From: Vicugna vicugna
Taxonomy: Eukaryota
Assembly: GCA_013265495.1 (NCBI GenBank)
Contig: MU058449.1
Location: forward strand, 730,176-794,175
DNA: 64,000 nt
Reading direction: 5' to 3'
Position numbers and translations under genes: made by a program. Below, piece after piece: positions 63,991 to 64,000 of the stretch. Numbering within the stretch: position 1 is the stretch's first letter; each line of letters begins with the position of its first letter. The notes under the pieces are model-generated. The model worked only from the letters and a program-made list of their open reading frames with translations, did not search any database and was not told the origin of the DNA.

Positions 63991-64000
63991 GTAAGGGTCC

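Noticed and set aside
1..64000. Prokaryote-type systems (CRISPR arrays, operons, defence islands) and the many 60-145 aa ORFs in the track
   Set aside because: The window is repeat-rich mammalian DNA with no regularly spaced repeat-spacer arrays; the short ORFs fall in repeats or introns, often start at non-ATG codons and show no recognisable domains.

Overview
Mammalian genomic DNA, very probably a camelid (three Vic-1-type tRNA-Ala-derived SINEs), covering the end of the class I (OR51) olfactory-receptor cluster syntenic with human 11p15.4, read in the opposite orientation to the human reference. It holds five intact single-coding-exon 7TM receptor ORFs and one disrupted one: an OR51C1/OR51F-like gene (+, 15567-16508), OR51E2/PSGR (+, 22276-23238), an OR51A-like gene (+, 30735-31697), its pseudogenised paralog (+, 38364-39323), OR51E1 (-, 43108-44061) and OR51D1 (-, 54413-55387). 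A CpG/ETS promoter and first exon, probably TRIM68, sits at the right edge. The rest is L1, L2, MIR, LTR/ERV, DNA-transposon and microsatellite sequence. Most notable observations: (1) a sharply bounded ~520 bp gene-conversion tract between the intact and pseudogene OR51A-like paralogs; (2) an intact OR nested in the ~12.5 kb 5'-UTR intron of OR51E2, possibly sharing its first exon; (3) a splice-junction uORF whose stop overlaps the OR51E2 start codon, with a duplicated 3' splice site that would switch its frame; (4) a second, O/E-site-rich promoter for OR51E2; (5) a tailless retrocopy of a 5' tRNA-Val half with target-site duplication. I see no evidence of a wholly new multi-gene system. Orthology names, human exon matches and repeat family names come from recall, not from searches; counts were done by hand.
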